Part shown: positions 11,955-24,309 of the stretch, piece by piece
Position numbering within the stretch: the stretch's first letter is position 1
How the letters are laid out: each line of letters starts with the position of its first letter
Source: Seison nebaliae
Taxonomy: Eukaryota
Length of the DNA: 62,477 nt
Reading direction: 5' to 3'
NCBI GenBank assembly: GCA_023231475.1
Contig: JALJEE010002025.1
Span: forward strand, 1 to 62,477
Position numbers and translations under genes: made by a program
The notes under the pieces: model-generated
Databases searched by the model: none
What the model saw: only the letters and a program-made list of their open reading frames with translations
Told to the model about the DNA's origin: nothing

Positions 11955-14900
11955 ATGATCAAATGGAATAATTTACCATTTGTTGTTGTGATTCTATTAG
12001 TAAGTCTTAAAATTTTAGTAGGTGAATATTATGATGGAATTACTGATGCCATCGTCAATTGGGATAAATCTCCATTTCTCTTACAAACAACTATGTTCGA
12101 TAAATTTTTTTTAAAATTAGTTTTTTGTTAAAATGTTAATTTCTTTCACCTCTCATTAGTATGCCGAGAGATCGACGATTATGGCCGTCGCTCTGTAATG
12201 GACATGTTGGTACAGTAGTCTTCTCCGATACTGTTTTCCTCGATGGAGTTTTTAACGGACCTCGTATGTCCAATTATCGTGCACGAATCCCTTCAACTAT
12301 TGGAATTAATGTAACAATTCCCGGATCACGGAATCGACAATACTCGTTGAATGTTCGTCATGGTTCCCATTTTAACGGTTGATCTGATTCATTAGAGATT
12401 TGCTAATAGGATTTTTTGAAAAAATTGAAAAAAGTAACGATGGAGAAGTCATCCAGAAAATATTCGCACATCGTTCACGTTATGGTATTTTAGTGAATGA
12501 AGTTGAATTGAAAAGAAATGGCGATCGAACACCAGATATCGATATTAATAATACGAGAATTAATGATATGATGCAAGCGAATTTATTTTCGAAAGATATT
12601 CGTTTTGAAAAAATGATAAGGAAAAATATCGATATTCTCAATCAACCATCAGATATTATCCAAAATCTTAAAATGAAACCTGTGTGGCCAATGGTTAAAG
12701 AATATGAGTTATCCATCTTATTACGATGTTTATTAGTATAATTCTATTAATAACAGACATCATATCGGAGTAATTAGAGAATTGGAGAAGAACAGTACCG
12801 GTGATGCCGGTTACACTAAAATTCATGTTTTTTCTACACCTCTGGTATTGAAGTTGAGTTTTCCCATCGAAAAGAAATCGGTAAAGTATGTTAGACTTTT
12901 TTTTTCCCACAATACTCACAATATTTTCACTCTTTGCATTATTTGTGAGTAGCATTTTATTATGTCAGTGGGAACTGATGAAAAGCAAGCACGTGAAGAA
13001 TATTTGTCTGCGTTCAGATCGAGATATGGTTTACTTGTTGAACATGCCAATGTTAAATTTTCCATAATTAAATTGCACCATCATTAAAGTTTGTTGAAAG
13101 AATTGGGAAACGGTATGGGATCGAGGAATAGTTGGATTGAGAAATGAGAATAATGACGTCGAGTATATTGATATGATGCAGAAGATATACAAAAGTTTTT
13201 ACGCGTTATATTCCTCCGTACCGATAGAGTTCGCACAAACGTCAAATCGACTACCAAAATTTTATGGAACAGGAATTGGAAGTTTGTCATATGGAGGAGA
13301 ATGGAAATTTTTTGGTTTTGTTAAAAATGAAAATAAAGATTTGAATAAACCTTTCGGTTATTCGCGAAATGATGTATCAATGGGTGGTCACTTAACATAT
13401 CATCAAGAGATTTGGGTGGCACCAGCATTGATGCCATTCCTTCCGGAATTAGGTAAAACATTTTTAGGATCACGACTACGATCATTATCCGTCGCTCAGA
13501 TATTTGCGGCTAACAACAGTATGCGAGGTGTTCGATGGCCAGTAGAACAAGCGTTCACTGGATATGATATGTGTCCTTCTTTAGAATATAGTCAACAAGA
13601 TCATGTAACTGCCGACGTGGCTTATTTGGCACGATTATATATTCAATTGACACATGATAAGAGATGGATACAAGATACTGGCTATCAATTAGCAAGAGAT
13701 ATAGCTGATTATTATAATAGTCGTTTGACATTATCTCCAAACCAACAATATTATTGGTTGAACAATGTATTCAGTGGAACGATGATCGATGATGGTATAT
13801 TAGGTGATAATGATGCTTTCACAAATGCCATGGTAAAATTGGCTTTTCTTTTACCTAAATACTTTATTTCTATAAACGAAAAGTTTTTTTTCTTCATAAT
13901 ATCATTTCGTTATCTATCTATTAGAAAACCATATGGAGCCGAATTTATAAAACGAACGGAAGAACTTGATAAGAAAAGTCATTTGTTAGTTATTCCAACA
14001 TCTAGCGAATCTGATCAACATTTCGAATATGGCGGACAAAGTAGCGATGAGAAACCTTTCAAAACTTCCAACGTAGTTCTTATAGGATTCCCGGCTCAGA
14101 CAAATATGACCGGTCTATATCGTCGACAAGATATTGATAAGTACAGTGTTGTGATTAATAACCGTTTTGGTGGTCCATATTTCCTCCAATACGCAGCGTC
14201 AACTATCGCTTATTTGGAGACACATTCACAATCGGGCGCTAATCCTCAATTCGATAAAATGAATGAACATTTTCAAGGACCATTTAAAGTTCAGATGTTT
14301 TTTGGAAATCTATTAAATTTATTTCTCGAAAGGTATTGACGGAAAAACCTTTTGTTGGAGAATCCAATGATTGCGGACAAATTAATTATATTCCAGGTCA
14401 TGGAGCGTTTATTCAAGTTTGATCATTATAGAAATTTTCTTAACACATTTTTTCCTTTTATTTTAATCAGACAATCATGAACGGTTATGGAGGCTTAAGA
14501 TATCGAGATTTTCAGATCGACCTCCTTGAACCAACCATGTTACCTACCAGAGGATTACAACGATGGAATATTACTGGTTAGTAAATTAATTTGAACTTGA
14601 TATAATAATGAAAATGATTTGATACTTAAACATTGTAATGAAATGAGTTCTTTCGGAAGTCTTCTCCAAAAATTAATTAGTAAATTTTCAAAATTCTAAC
14701 AATTTTTCTTTTAAAGGTTTTTCTTATATGGGGAATGAATTGGATATATTTTATGAAAGTTCTGTGGTAATCGTTCACAATAAGAGACAAACTAAACAAG
14801 TAAATGATTTATATCATTTAAACGATGAAAATTCCAGAGCAAGTTTACGAATAAAATTTCCAAATAGGTTTAATTGATATATTCGTATCCTGTGATATAA

Positions 14901-15291
14901 TATGTAAACTATTAGGACGGAAGTAATCTTTTCTCATGGAATGACCATAGAATTTCCGGTGGATTATATGCCTGGTGGTCGATTCGCCCGTTTGTGGAGT
15001 ACATTATTAGGAGGTGGTGGATATGGACTGATTCCTAGAAGAAATTTGAACATGATGGGAAATGGTCCGGCTGGAAGTGAAGGATCTGGAAATAGCGTTG
15101 GCTCAGGAACATTTCTCAGATTACTTAATGGCAGACAATACGAAAAACGATGTATTGCTCAATTATATGCGGAAGTTCATAGGAAGCGAATACAACCCTG
15201 TCAATGGAGTTTTGCCAGTAATTTTCGTATGTCTCTTCCACTAACTATTCTCATAATGGTCAGTGGAATAATATTTCAACGACTTAATTGA
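11955..15291 (+). CDS. GH65 / PGGHG (ATHL1)-like protein with signal peptide and hydrophobic C-terminus, 11 exons
   Basis: LCNGHVGTVVFSDTVFLDGVFNG..RARIPS, QEIW..P, WP.EQAFTGYDMCP, H..ADVA, GPFKVLTE and GAFIQTIMNGYGGLR all match the PGGHG family. Ten GTT..AG introns keep the frame. Confidence 0.85.
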
Positions 15292-15387
15292 ATAATTAAG
15301 GAAAGTTTTGTAAAATTTGTAAATAAATTAAGATAGAATAAAATCGATTTCATTTTTTAGAAAAACTAAAATAATTTTAGTGTTTTT

Positions 15388-15912
15388 TTAATAAATATTG
15401 TTGAATAAGTAGTAGCCGATAGATAGTAAAGTTACCACAATTACAGGAATAGAATTGATATGCCGAGTTGCAGAATTACAATAATCTTTATTGTTACAAC
15501 AAAGGAGTTCGATTGCTGTTGATCCAGGTATCGTTTGGTTTTTTTGGATACAATGTGGAGAACACGAACGACGTACTTCCTTTACAGCTCCATAGTAATT
15601 CCCGGCTCGAACGATTGTTTTCTTTAAGAAATGAGGTTGAATGACAGTTATATGTTGGAAAGAATATTAACGCTACAAAATCCACTGCATTGTGTAACGG
15701 ATACTCCCAATTCAGCAGCACGATCAATATTTTTTCTTGACATGGTTAAATTAACCGTGCAACCAACACTCAATGAACTTTCACATTCTACGCATTTAAT
15801 CGAATACGTTGAATAGAATTGACTAACTGAAATTATTCAATGATAATGAATGAAAGGAATTGAAGAAATCAATAACTAAACTTAAGAAAATGGAAATTGC
15901 AAATATTTTCAT
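15388..15912 (-). CDS. Ly6/uPAR three-finger (quiver/sleepless-like) GPI-anchored protein, 3 exons
   Basis: Signal peptide MKIFAISIFLISQFYSTYS, then IKCVEC..GC..CSGFCSK..VRRSCSPHC..CCNNKDYCNS and a hydrophobic tail. Introns 15827-15881 and 15622-15671. Confidence 0.85.
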
Positions 15913-16446
15913 GATGAAACAATTCATTTTATTTGATGAACGAATTGAACAAAAATATGACAATTGACAACAGAAAGATAAAACGATTTTGTTTTGTGAA
16001 AGAAGAATCTACAACTTCTTTTTCTTCTTCTTGAAATACCGTACAAATTGGAATTACAGTAAATAATACAATTTTTATCATGTTCATACTTAATACGTAA
16101 GTCAATAAGAAGAAGGACGTCACAATCGATCTGAAACGTGTTAAGCGAATAGTTTTTTTTCTTTATTCAACCAAAATTTTCATTATTATTATTGTGAAAA
16201 ATTCATAATCATCATCATATTATTATTATTGTTGTTATTATTATTATTATCGTTATCAATTAACTTATAAATGATTGAGTAAATAATTAATGAGAAATCA
16301 AGAAACGATTTCATTCAACTGTTTGGGGTGAGATGTGTATGTAAATGGTGTCCATTGGAGTTTATATGGTAATAGGACATGTGATATGATGGTGATGAAA
16401 GAAGAAAGAAAATGGAAATTTACAACAACCAAGGAAAGAAATTTTA

Positions 16447-17378
16447 TTAAGTTAATGGTATTGAGACGCCATCTTTCAATCCCAAAATAATATAATCGAT
16501 CAATTTGTTGTAGACGTTCTCGATATTAGTTGTAAAGCGATCGTCTAATATTTTTTGTATTGTTTCCATGAAAGGTTTTTTTAACTTCTAACACCCAAGT
16601 TAATTAGAATGATTTCAATGAATTTTAACAAAAATCTAACATCAAAAAATTCTGGTACGATTTTATGATCTCGATGATATGCACCAAGTTGGACGAGAAA
16701 CAGATAAGAATCGATTTTGTGCAATTTCATAATTGACTACAAATAAAATTTTGTATTAAAATTTCTTCGTCATTCAAATTTAACCATGTCGATAGCGGCT
16801 GTAATCAAATTCGAATGTTTAATGAAGACGGGTTGCTTGAACAATTCTTCAGGTTTTATTTGACGGAATTTGTTAAAGAAAGATTGATAATGAGCATTGG
16901 CAGAAAATAATCTAAAATTTCAGTAAAATATTTTATAATATAGAGGAAATGATGAACTTTGCAAAGAATAAAATGGCTGTTGTGGAGAATTCTCTTCGAA
17001 TTCCTTTCCATGAGACTCGTAAACTATACCGTTGTTTATATGTCGTTTGTGTCATTTGATCGACGATTGTTAAATCAGCTAACGGTTCTTCGCAACGCTG
17101 CAAATCCAGATCAGCGTCATCTTTATCGTCTAACTTCCTGAAATGAATGTATGGGAGTAGATGAGAAATAAATTCAACTTGAGCCAGATGGCGCATGATT
17201 CGATGATATTGTCATATTTTGGGTAAAATTTCATAGCGAAGGCTTTCTTCTCAGCGAGAGCCATACGCATAATCTTTTCATCTTCACTCATTTCTGGAGT
17301 GGTTTTTGCAGAGATTTTTTGTTTTCCATTTGATCCTTCCTTCTCTGCTGTAGTAAAACAGAGAAGTCTCATTCTCAT
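16447..17378 (-). CDS. Globin with an N-terminal extension, 5 exons
   Basis: LRVSWKGI (A helix), FFAKLF (B), QSFF (CD1 Phe), IKHS (E7 His), LGAYH (F8 His), VPEFFD. Introns 17138-17178, 16912-16957, 16737-16784 and 16588-16640. Start codon uncertain. Confidence 0.85.
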
Positions 17379-19809
17379 TCCGTATTGGAAGAAGATAATT
17401 CGAAGGAAGAATGGTTATATTACAAAATTTCGTTTTGTCGATGATAAATAAATCTTTATTGTATGTCGTCATCAAAAGAAGAAAGGAATAACGATAATAG
17501 GAGAATATAATAGAATTTGATAAACACATCCATTTACGTCTTGTCTCTACACAATTCTAATCGAGACATATTATTCATATTCATGAAATCAATCAAAATT
17601 ATCTCTCATAAATTCCGGTTAGTTTCGAATTGCATAAATAATTCCTATGATCTGTTATCTACATCTGGACACATCGATACTCTATCATATTAGAGTATAG
17701 TGAAAGGAATAATATAATTTTACAAGATTCTTCATATAATTTTACGATATCATCTTTTCTTCCACATAATTTCCTGTATAACGAAAAGCAGTAGTCTGAC
17801 AGAAAGGAAAGATTAATTTCTCATTCCTTAACCAAACAACAACAGTTCGCCAATTGCGCATATGTATAGTTCTTGCGCGAAATGCGAATTATGAACTTAA
17901 TTGCCATTCTTTTATTAGAAGAGCGAAATGTTTATAGTTTACAAGTAGAGAAGAATATTATGGAGAATATGATATAGAATAGATAATTTTTTCTATTATC
18001 ACATACGAGTGACATTGAACAATGCAACTTAAGAAGAAGATCAACGATATGAAATAATTATATCTAAACTCTTCGTCAAACATGAATGGTTCTTCCCATC
18101 GATGATGATGATGATGATCAGGCGAAAATAATGTAAGTGTTAATATGTTGGATGACGATCTAACTTGTTCTCTAATAATCGTCGCTAACATTTTTCATAA
18201 ATTTCTTTCTTTTTTCTTCGTAAAACTTATTATATTATAACATAGTTTTGTTGTATCATTCTCTTCTTTTCCACATGTATCGAATAATGTCCATTATAAT
18301 GATGATATAACTGATGTCTACGCGTGCTAATCTGATGTTGTTGATGATAATACAATTTAAAAATAATGGAGGAAACGAAATTTTATAACTCACCACGTTC
18401 CATTCCACTATTTTCCAGTCGATAGATGCGCATCAGAATGGGATGTGTGCTCATATGCATTTGTTTAATTGGATGGAGGAGAAGAAAGAACAGAGAATTA
18501 CCATGAACTATTCTCCAAAACCGATATTCCGTCGAATATTCCTGATTCCCCCAACCTGTTCACTAACTCAAAGACTGTTTCTCATAAAATGTACATCAAT
18601 AGTTGAATGGAACTGAGTATTATAAATGATGGAGTGAAATCATTGACCCTTCTAATGAAAAGAAGAATTGTAATCATATCAATGATTTCAATGTTCTGAT
18701 TTATATTCCACTTACACATGACAGAGTATGTGTCATGCAAAATTATGATATTTTTCAATTTATTTATTCGTTTAATTATCTTCACACCACCATGACAGTA
18801 TCGAGGAACGATTTAACTAGATAAAGCGTTGCTCATAAAATAATGTTATTAATTAATTTTTCAACTTCATCAATTTTCATCAAATTTAATTAATAATGGG
18901 AAACATTTCTCATAAGATATATCATACTATACGATATATGATAACACCCCAAAATTATTATAAAACATTGATTATATTGATTTAGCATGAATAAAATCCG
19001 ATTTTACATTTATCTCAAGAAAATTATATTCCTAAACGATGGTTTCCCCTATATTCTTCTTCCTTTCCCATCCACCAAATAAGAATTGTCTTATTTGTTC
19101 AATTCCTGTCGGGTCGGGAATGAGGATAATAAAATATCGTTAAATTCCACCACTGCCTCCGTAGAGTTATTGGAAGGGAAAGAAAATGAAAAAGAAAAGA
19201 CTTGCGCCTTAAAATGTAGAACGAAAGAATGATTATGATATATGAAGAAGAACGATAGAAGAAGGAAATTATTTTGTAGAGTTCAGAAAAGAATTCCCTT
19301 AATTCTTCGGAATGTATACACTGTCATGTCCTACCAGTCTTACTACTTACGTTCGTCTAATTGTTCATCAAAACACTTGTCTCCTTCCAAATTTAATGTT
19401 CCGTCCTTCTCTTATGAGTTATGTGTATAAGTTGATTTAATAAATCAATTAGAAACAATGAATAATGGGGAAATATTCCTGATTCAACAATGTACACTAC
19501 AAGCCATAGGATTGCAGCCAGGTTGAAGGCATAACATAAACCTTCCAAAATATATGTGGATCGCATATGAAAGAATAATTTTCGGTAATGAAATTTTAGT
19601 GCATGCAGATTATGCATTCAAAATATTTTTCTTTTACATATTCACGAAAACTGTTTCGGTTGCCCTAGGAACTATTTTTATTTTCAACTACTAACTTTTT
19701 TCAATAACTTTTTCCAATTTAAGAAAAATATTTTCTTTCATCTCGTTAACAAATGCACTATTAATTATTCTTTATGTCTAGGATAATTTAATAAAAGGAA
19801 TTCGAAGTA

Positions 19810-19975
19810 TCGGCAACCTTCTCAGTTTTCATCCAAATATGTCTGCACTCCAACCACCTCCGGTCTTATGTATCAGTCAAATAACTTCTTCAATTTATAT
19901 TATTCGATGCTAATCTTCGATTTACTCCTACCAGACTTCGCGTTTTCTCCTCTCTCACATCCTCTCACACATCTC
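19810..19975 (+). mobile_element. Small relic of the LINE family also present at 37.5-38.9 kb
   Basis: 19933-19956 encodes RLRVFSSL, identical to a peptide of the LINE. The core matches 16/18 nt and local GC is raised. Confidence 0.45.
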
Positions 19976-22900
19976 CTTTTAGAATTTTAGACTTTTTATA
20001 AATTCAATCAAAATTATTATATTTACTTGATCATTATTCTTCAATTGCATCTAAACTTCAATTTCGTTAACAAGTTCCTCGTTAAAGATTTATTAACATT
20101 ATACAGAAAGTTTTTAGTACCACTAACAGTTAATATGAAAGAAATATCTAACAGTTATGAACAGTGAATTCATTGGTCATAATATACTCATGTCTAACGA
20201 TTTGACTTAAAATTACATGACGATCGTAAAAGTTTTGAACGAAAATTATAAATCAAAAATTTTTGTAGATTTCAATAGTTAATGACATAAATACACAACG
20301 TCCAACATTCTTTTATTTGGATAACATGATGATACTCAAAAAAACAGCGAACTATCGGAAGATGTTCAATTACTAATAGAATGATACATCGCCAGAGAGT
20401 CTGATGTTAAGAACAAAAATGTAGGAGAATCTAGTAGGTAATTTAGAAAGTTACCTTTCGTTTGTTATTTATATAATTTGTAAGATTCAATTGAAAATAT
20501 TTCTTTTGCAAATTTGTTACCTTATTTGTCAATAGGAAAATATTATTGAATTAGACTTATTTTTATCAACAAAAGAGATTTATTTGTGTAGATCTAGTGC
20601 AAAGCGAGAAGTCGTTCAATTTTAAAGAGGCGTCGAGAGTCGACAAAGAAGGAGGAAAAGTAGGAAATGAATGGGAAGTAGAAAGTGAGTTGTCATCAAT
20701 TTCGAAAAATATTTCGTCTTCTTTGAAATTACTTGGCATTTATTCAATGGAATAAATTAAAGTTAATTTATAATAAGTTAATATTTATGAACCTTAATTC
20801 GATCATTCTTCTCAATTTCGACATTATTTCGGAAAGTGATCCTCATTCATTATTCATCATAAAATCATCATATCCCTAATCGATAAATTAATGAGTTAAC
20901 ATTCCCAAGAGCACGAATGGAAATCTTTCTTAAATGTCCAATGAACAAGTTATTCAACAGAGACTTGGTAGCCTAATGTTTCAGATTAGAAATCTTTTTA
21001 AAATACCGTTCTAGAGAAGGTCGTTCTAATGGAACTGGACTACGCACAATGATAATGGCTTTAAGTAAAATAATAAATTCCAATGGCATTATAATCAAAT
21101 ATCATTAATGTTAATGTTTATTCACATAAGATTAGAAAATAATATTAATATTTCAAAAGATACATGTTTAATTTCCGATCTTCTAACACACAACAAATGA
21201 TTTGAAAAGGATGAGAATGAACAAGAGATTGAGTTTCAGTTAATTCCATAAGTAATATTCTATGATTGGTGATCTCTTCATTAATTTCTGACATCGAAAC
21301 TAAACGAAACATCTGATGTCGGGCTGCTGAAAAATTCACAATTGGTCTATAAAAATATTGAAAGAGGAAATATATTATGATAATATTAATCAAAAAACTT
21401 TTACGTTACTATTAATTTTTCAATCTCATTCTTAATACGATAACATAATGAAATATCAGGTAAGGGAGAAAATGAAGGAAAAAAATATCAGTGGAAATTT
21501 ACCTGGAAATTTAATGAACTGAGACGTCTAACAAATTTGAAAGAAGAAAAAATGTTAATTAAAATTGAAAATAACCATCCTACCTCTTTCGATATCATAT
21601 AGTAAATTGCTGATAGTACAAGAAACATGGAAGAAGGAAAGATGAAAAATTTAGATATCTATAGACGAATTCCATTAATCATCCGTTTGAAACATCATAT
21701 TATCGGTAATTCCCTTTCTCCTACAACATATTTCGATAACATCTCCATTCTTGTTAGAAGGTCATCGAACACTTTCAGGTGGATGAACAAGAATATTTCC
21801 ATAGTCAATGTTGATTATCGATAAAGAAAAAATAACTAAAAAATGAATGCAACAGAACAATTTCAAATATGAAAGTAATTCATGAGAAATTATCATAGTT
21901 CTTATTTATAGTTTCTTCACTTAATGAGCATAATTTTCTATCGAAACCTTTCTAATCGACTAATTCAAATGATAATTTAGACAACAATAGTCGTAACATT
22001 TTTTATACCTCGTCTCACAGAAGAAAGTGCAGTAATAAAAGTCGTTCTTTAATAAGAGGCTAGTTAACGATTACTATTGTTTTTACAACAAATAAAGAGA
22101 AAAAATCGTAAGAATATTCCTAAGTCATTTTATAGTTTTTTTTAAAATTTTTTATACACACAAAATTGTTGAGCTTGGTTGGAAATAATTTTTTCATTAA
22201 TAAAAAGGAAACCTTTATTTATTAAATTTTTAATTTGTTCTGAAAGAAAAATGATTATATCACAATTATTCTCTTCGGGTGATTCATACATAAAAAATAA
22301 ATTTATTACCTAAATACTTACCCAATATTTGTTGTTCGAAAACAACCAATTTTTCTGTTTATTATTTTCTAAGGAAATCGACGAATCGACATAAAACTAT
22401 ACAACTTTGGGTAACTAATTTCGGATTATGCTGAAAACGAAACCTTAAAATGAATCTAAATCAAGAATTAGCGGGGAAGTATCAGAAAAATTAGACTTCT
22501 AATCAAAATTAATATGATAAATTATATCATTACATAATATTTATTATCATCTTCTTCCTCTAAAACCAGTGATGGAAGCAGCAGTGAGTAAAATGACTTG
22601 TAATATGTTTTATGAATATTTATCCGGTTAATGAATGATATTCATAATTTAGGTGATACTCTCGAACTTTCGAAACTGTAGTGGACGCATATGGTTTGAT
22701 ATTATATTTTATAATTTATTATATTTATATATTTCTTCACACTTAACTATACAGGTGTATGTCCCCCATAGTACAGGTATTGTTAGAGGTATGTCCCCCA
22801 TAGGTCAGTCAGAAGAAACGTAAAAAAATTGAAATGATTCGAGCTTCGAATCCGCTATAAGAGGAAAGTTTTTATCGAACATGCGAAGATAGGGAAGTAA

Positions 22901-24309
22901 CCAAATACGTCCTTATCGGAAAAGAGATAGAAAGATTTATTTATTTATAAACGAAATATTACAGTATGCAAAAAATACCACTTTTTACTTTACAGACAAA
23001 AGACTGGAAAAAGTGAAATTGAAAAATAGAAAAAAGAATGATATAATAGTATCTGATACTACGTGTATCATCAGTGATTACATTACATGTATATCGTTAG
23101 TGTGTCTATAAATAACTGTTAGTATTTCGATTTGGAAACGGAACTTTCGCACAGAGGAATTGAATGTATCTGGTTGAAATTATCTGCTAGACATTAATTC
23201 AATAAAACGTCAGATTTTTTTGAATTTTAAAACTATTTTAAATGATCTTCTGATTTCTTATTACTATGCCTTGTTAAATGTTCGATACGTTATTCTGACT
23301 TTTCATGAAATCATCGTAAATGAAAAGTTACAATTTCTAAATCGAAAATAAATTGACGATAAAAAAGAAGAAATGTGATTTATTGAGAAGAAATAATCAT
23401 TACGATATTTCTGTCGTTTTTTAATATATCTCTCAGAAATAAGATTTTTCAGTGAAATTACTAGTCTTTTTCTTGGTGACTGTGTTTCTTTCGGCGATTG
23501 AATCATACTTTGTCGTGCTGAAAACGGTAATACTAAAATTAAAGAAATAATATAATGAGCGTCATTCCTGTTGAGAATTTGACAAAATTAAATTACATGT
23601 CCTAAAATCAAGTGCATTTCATTAGAAATTAGATGATTTCGTTTAAAATTATATACTTCTTGATGATGGTCAGACAACTGGTAAAATAATAAATAAAATG
23701 ATTTTAGAATATATTTATATGATATTTCAGACTCATATTTTGAGTTTGCTGGTCCTTCGACAATATTAATGATGGTATGGGACTATTTGTGCATTTTGTT
23801 GATTATGTTTGAATATGTATTAGTATTGAAAGTTAAATTGGTGAATTGTGTGAATGTAAAATTTCGGGGAATATTTGCATTGAAATGAATTGGAATAAAA
23901 TAGCATCATGGGAAATTTGGAACGAATAGCATGACTAAACCAGAAAATAGAAGAGGAATGATATCGATTGAAATAATTGGAAAGAACTTCCACATTGGTT
24001 TAATATCGCCATCAATTATGATAAATGACTAGAGTAGAAAGTCAAAAAAATTTTGGTTGACGTCGTCACTTATTCAAAGATATTACATTAAAATAAATTT
24101 AGAATTAATTTCGTTGAAGACGTATGAATATGTTATGGGAGAAATTTCCCTTGTGCAACATACTGAAGATTATTGCACAATTTTTCGTGCGTAGTCGACA
24201 GACGGAATGACATTGTTCACATGAATGGTATGTGAATGAGAAAGAAAGAATAAATCATCTGAGATGTTGGATGAGATGGTGTTGGAGAAAGGAAGAATGA
24301 GAAGGTAAA

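Noticed and set aside
11955..15291. Stop-codon readthrough, alternative genetic code or frameshifted pseudogenes as a cause of fragmented ORFs
   Set aside because: Every break is resolved by a short GT..AG intron. Long intronless ORFs such as DDX31 and MTHFSD translate normally with the standard code.
22314..22325. atacttaccc resembling the U1 snRNA 5' end
   Set aside because: Downstream sequence lacks U1 stem-loops, the 70K loop and an Sm site.
22751..22805. 15-nt direct repeat as a CRISPR-like or transposon-end structure
   Set aside because: Only two copies in a eukaryotic context, with no partner end found.
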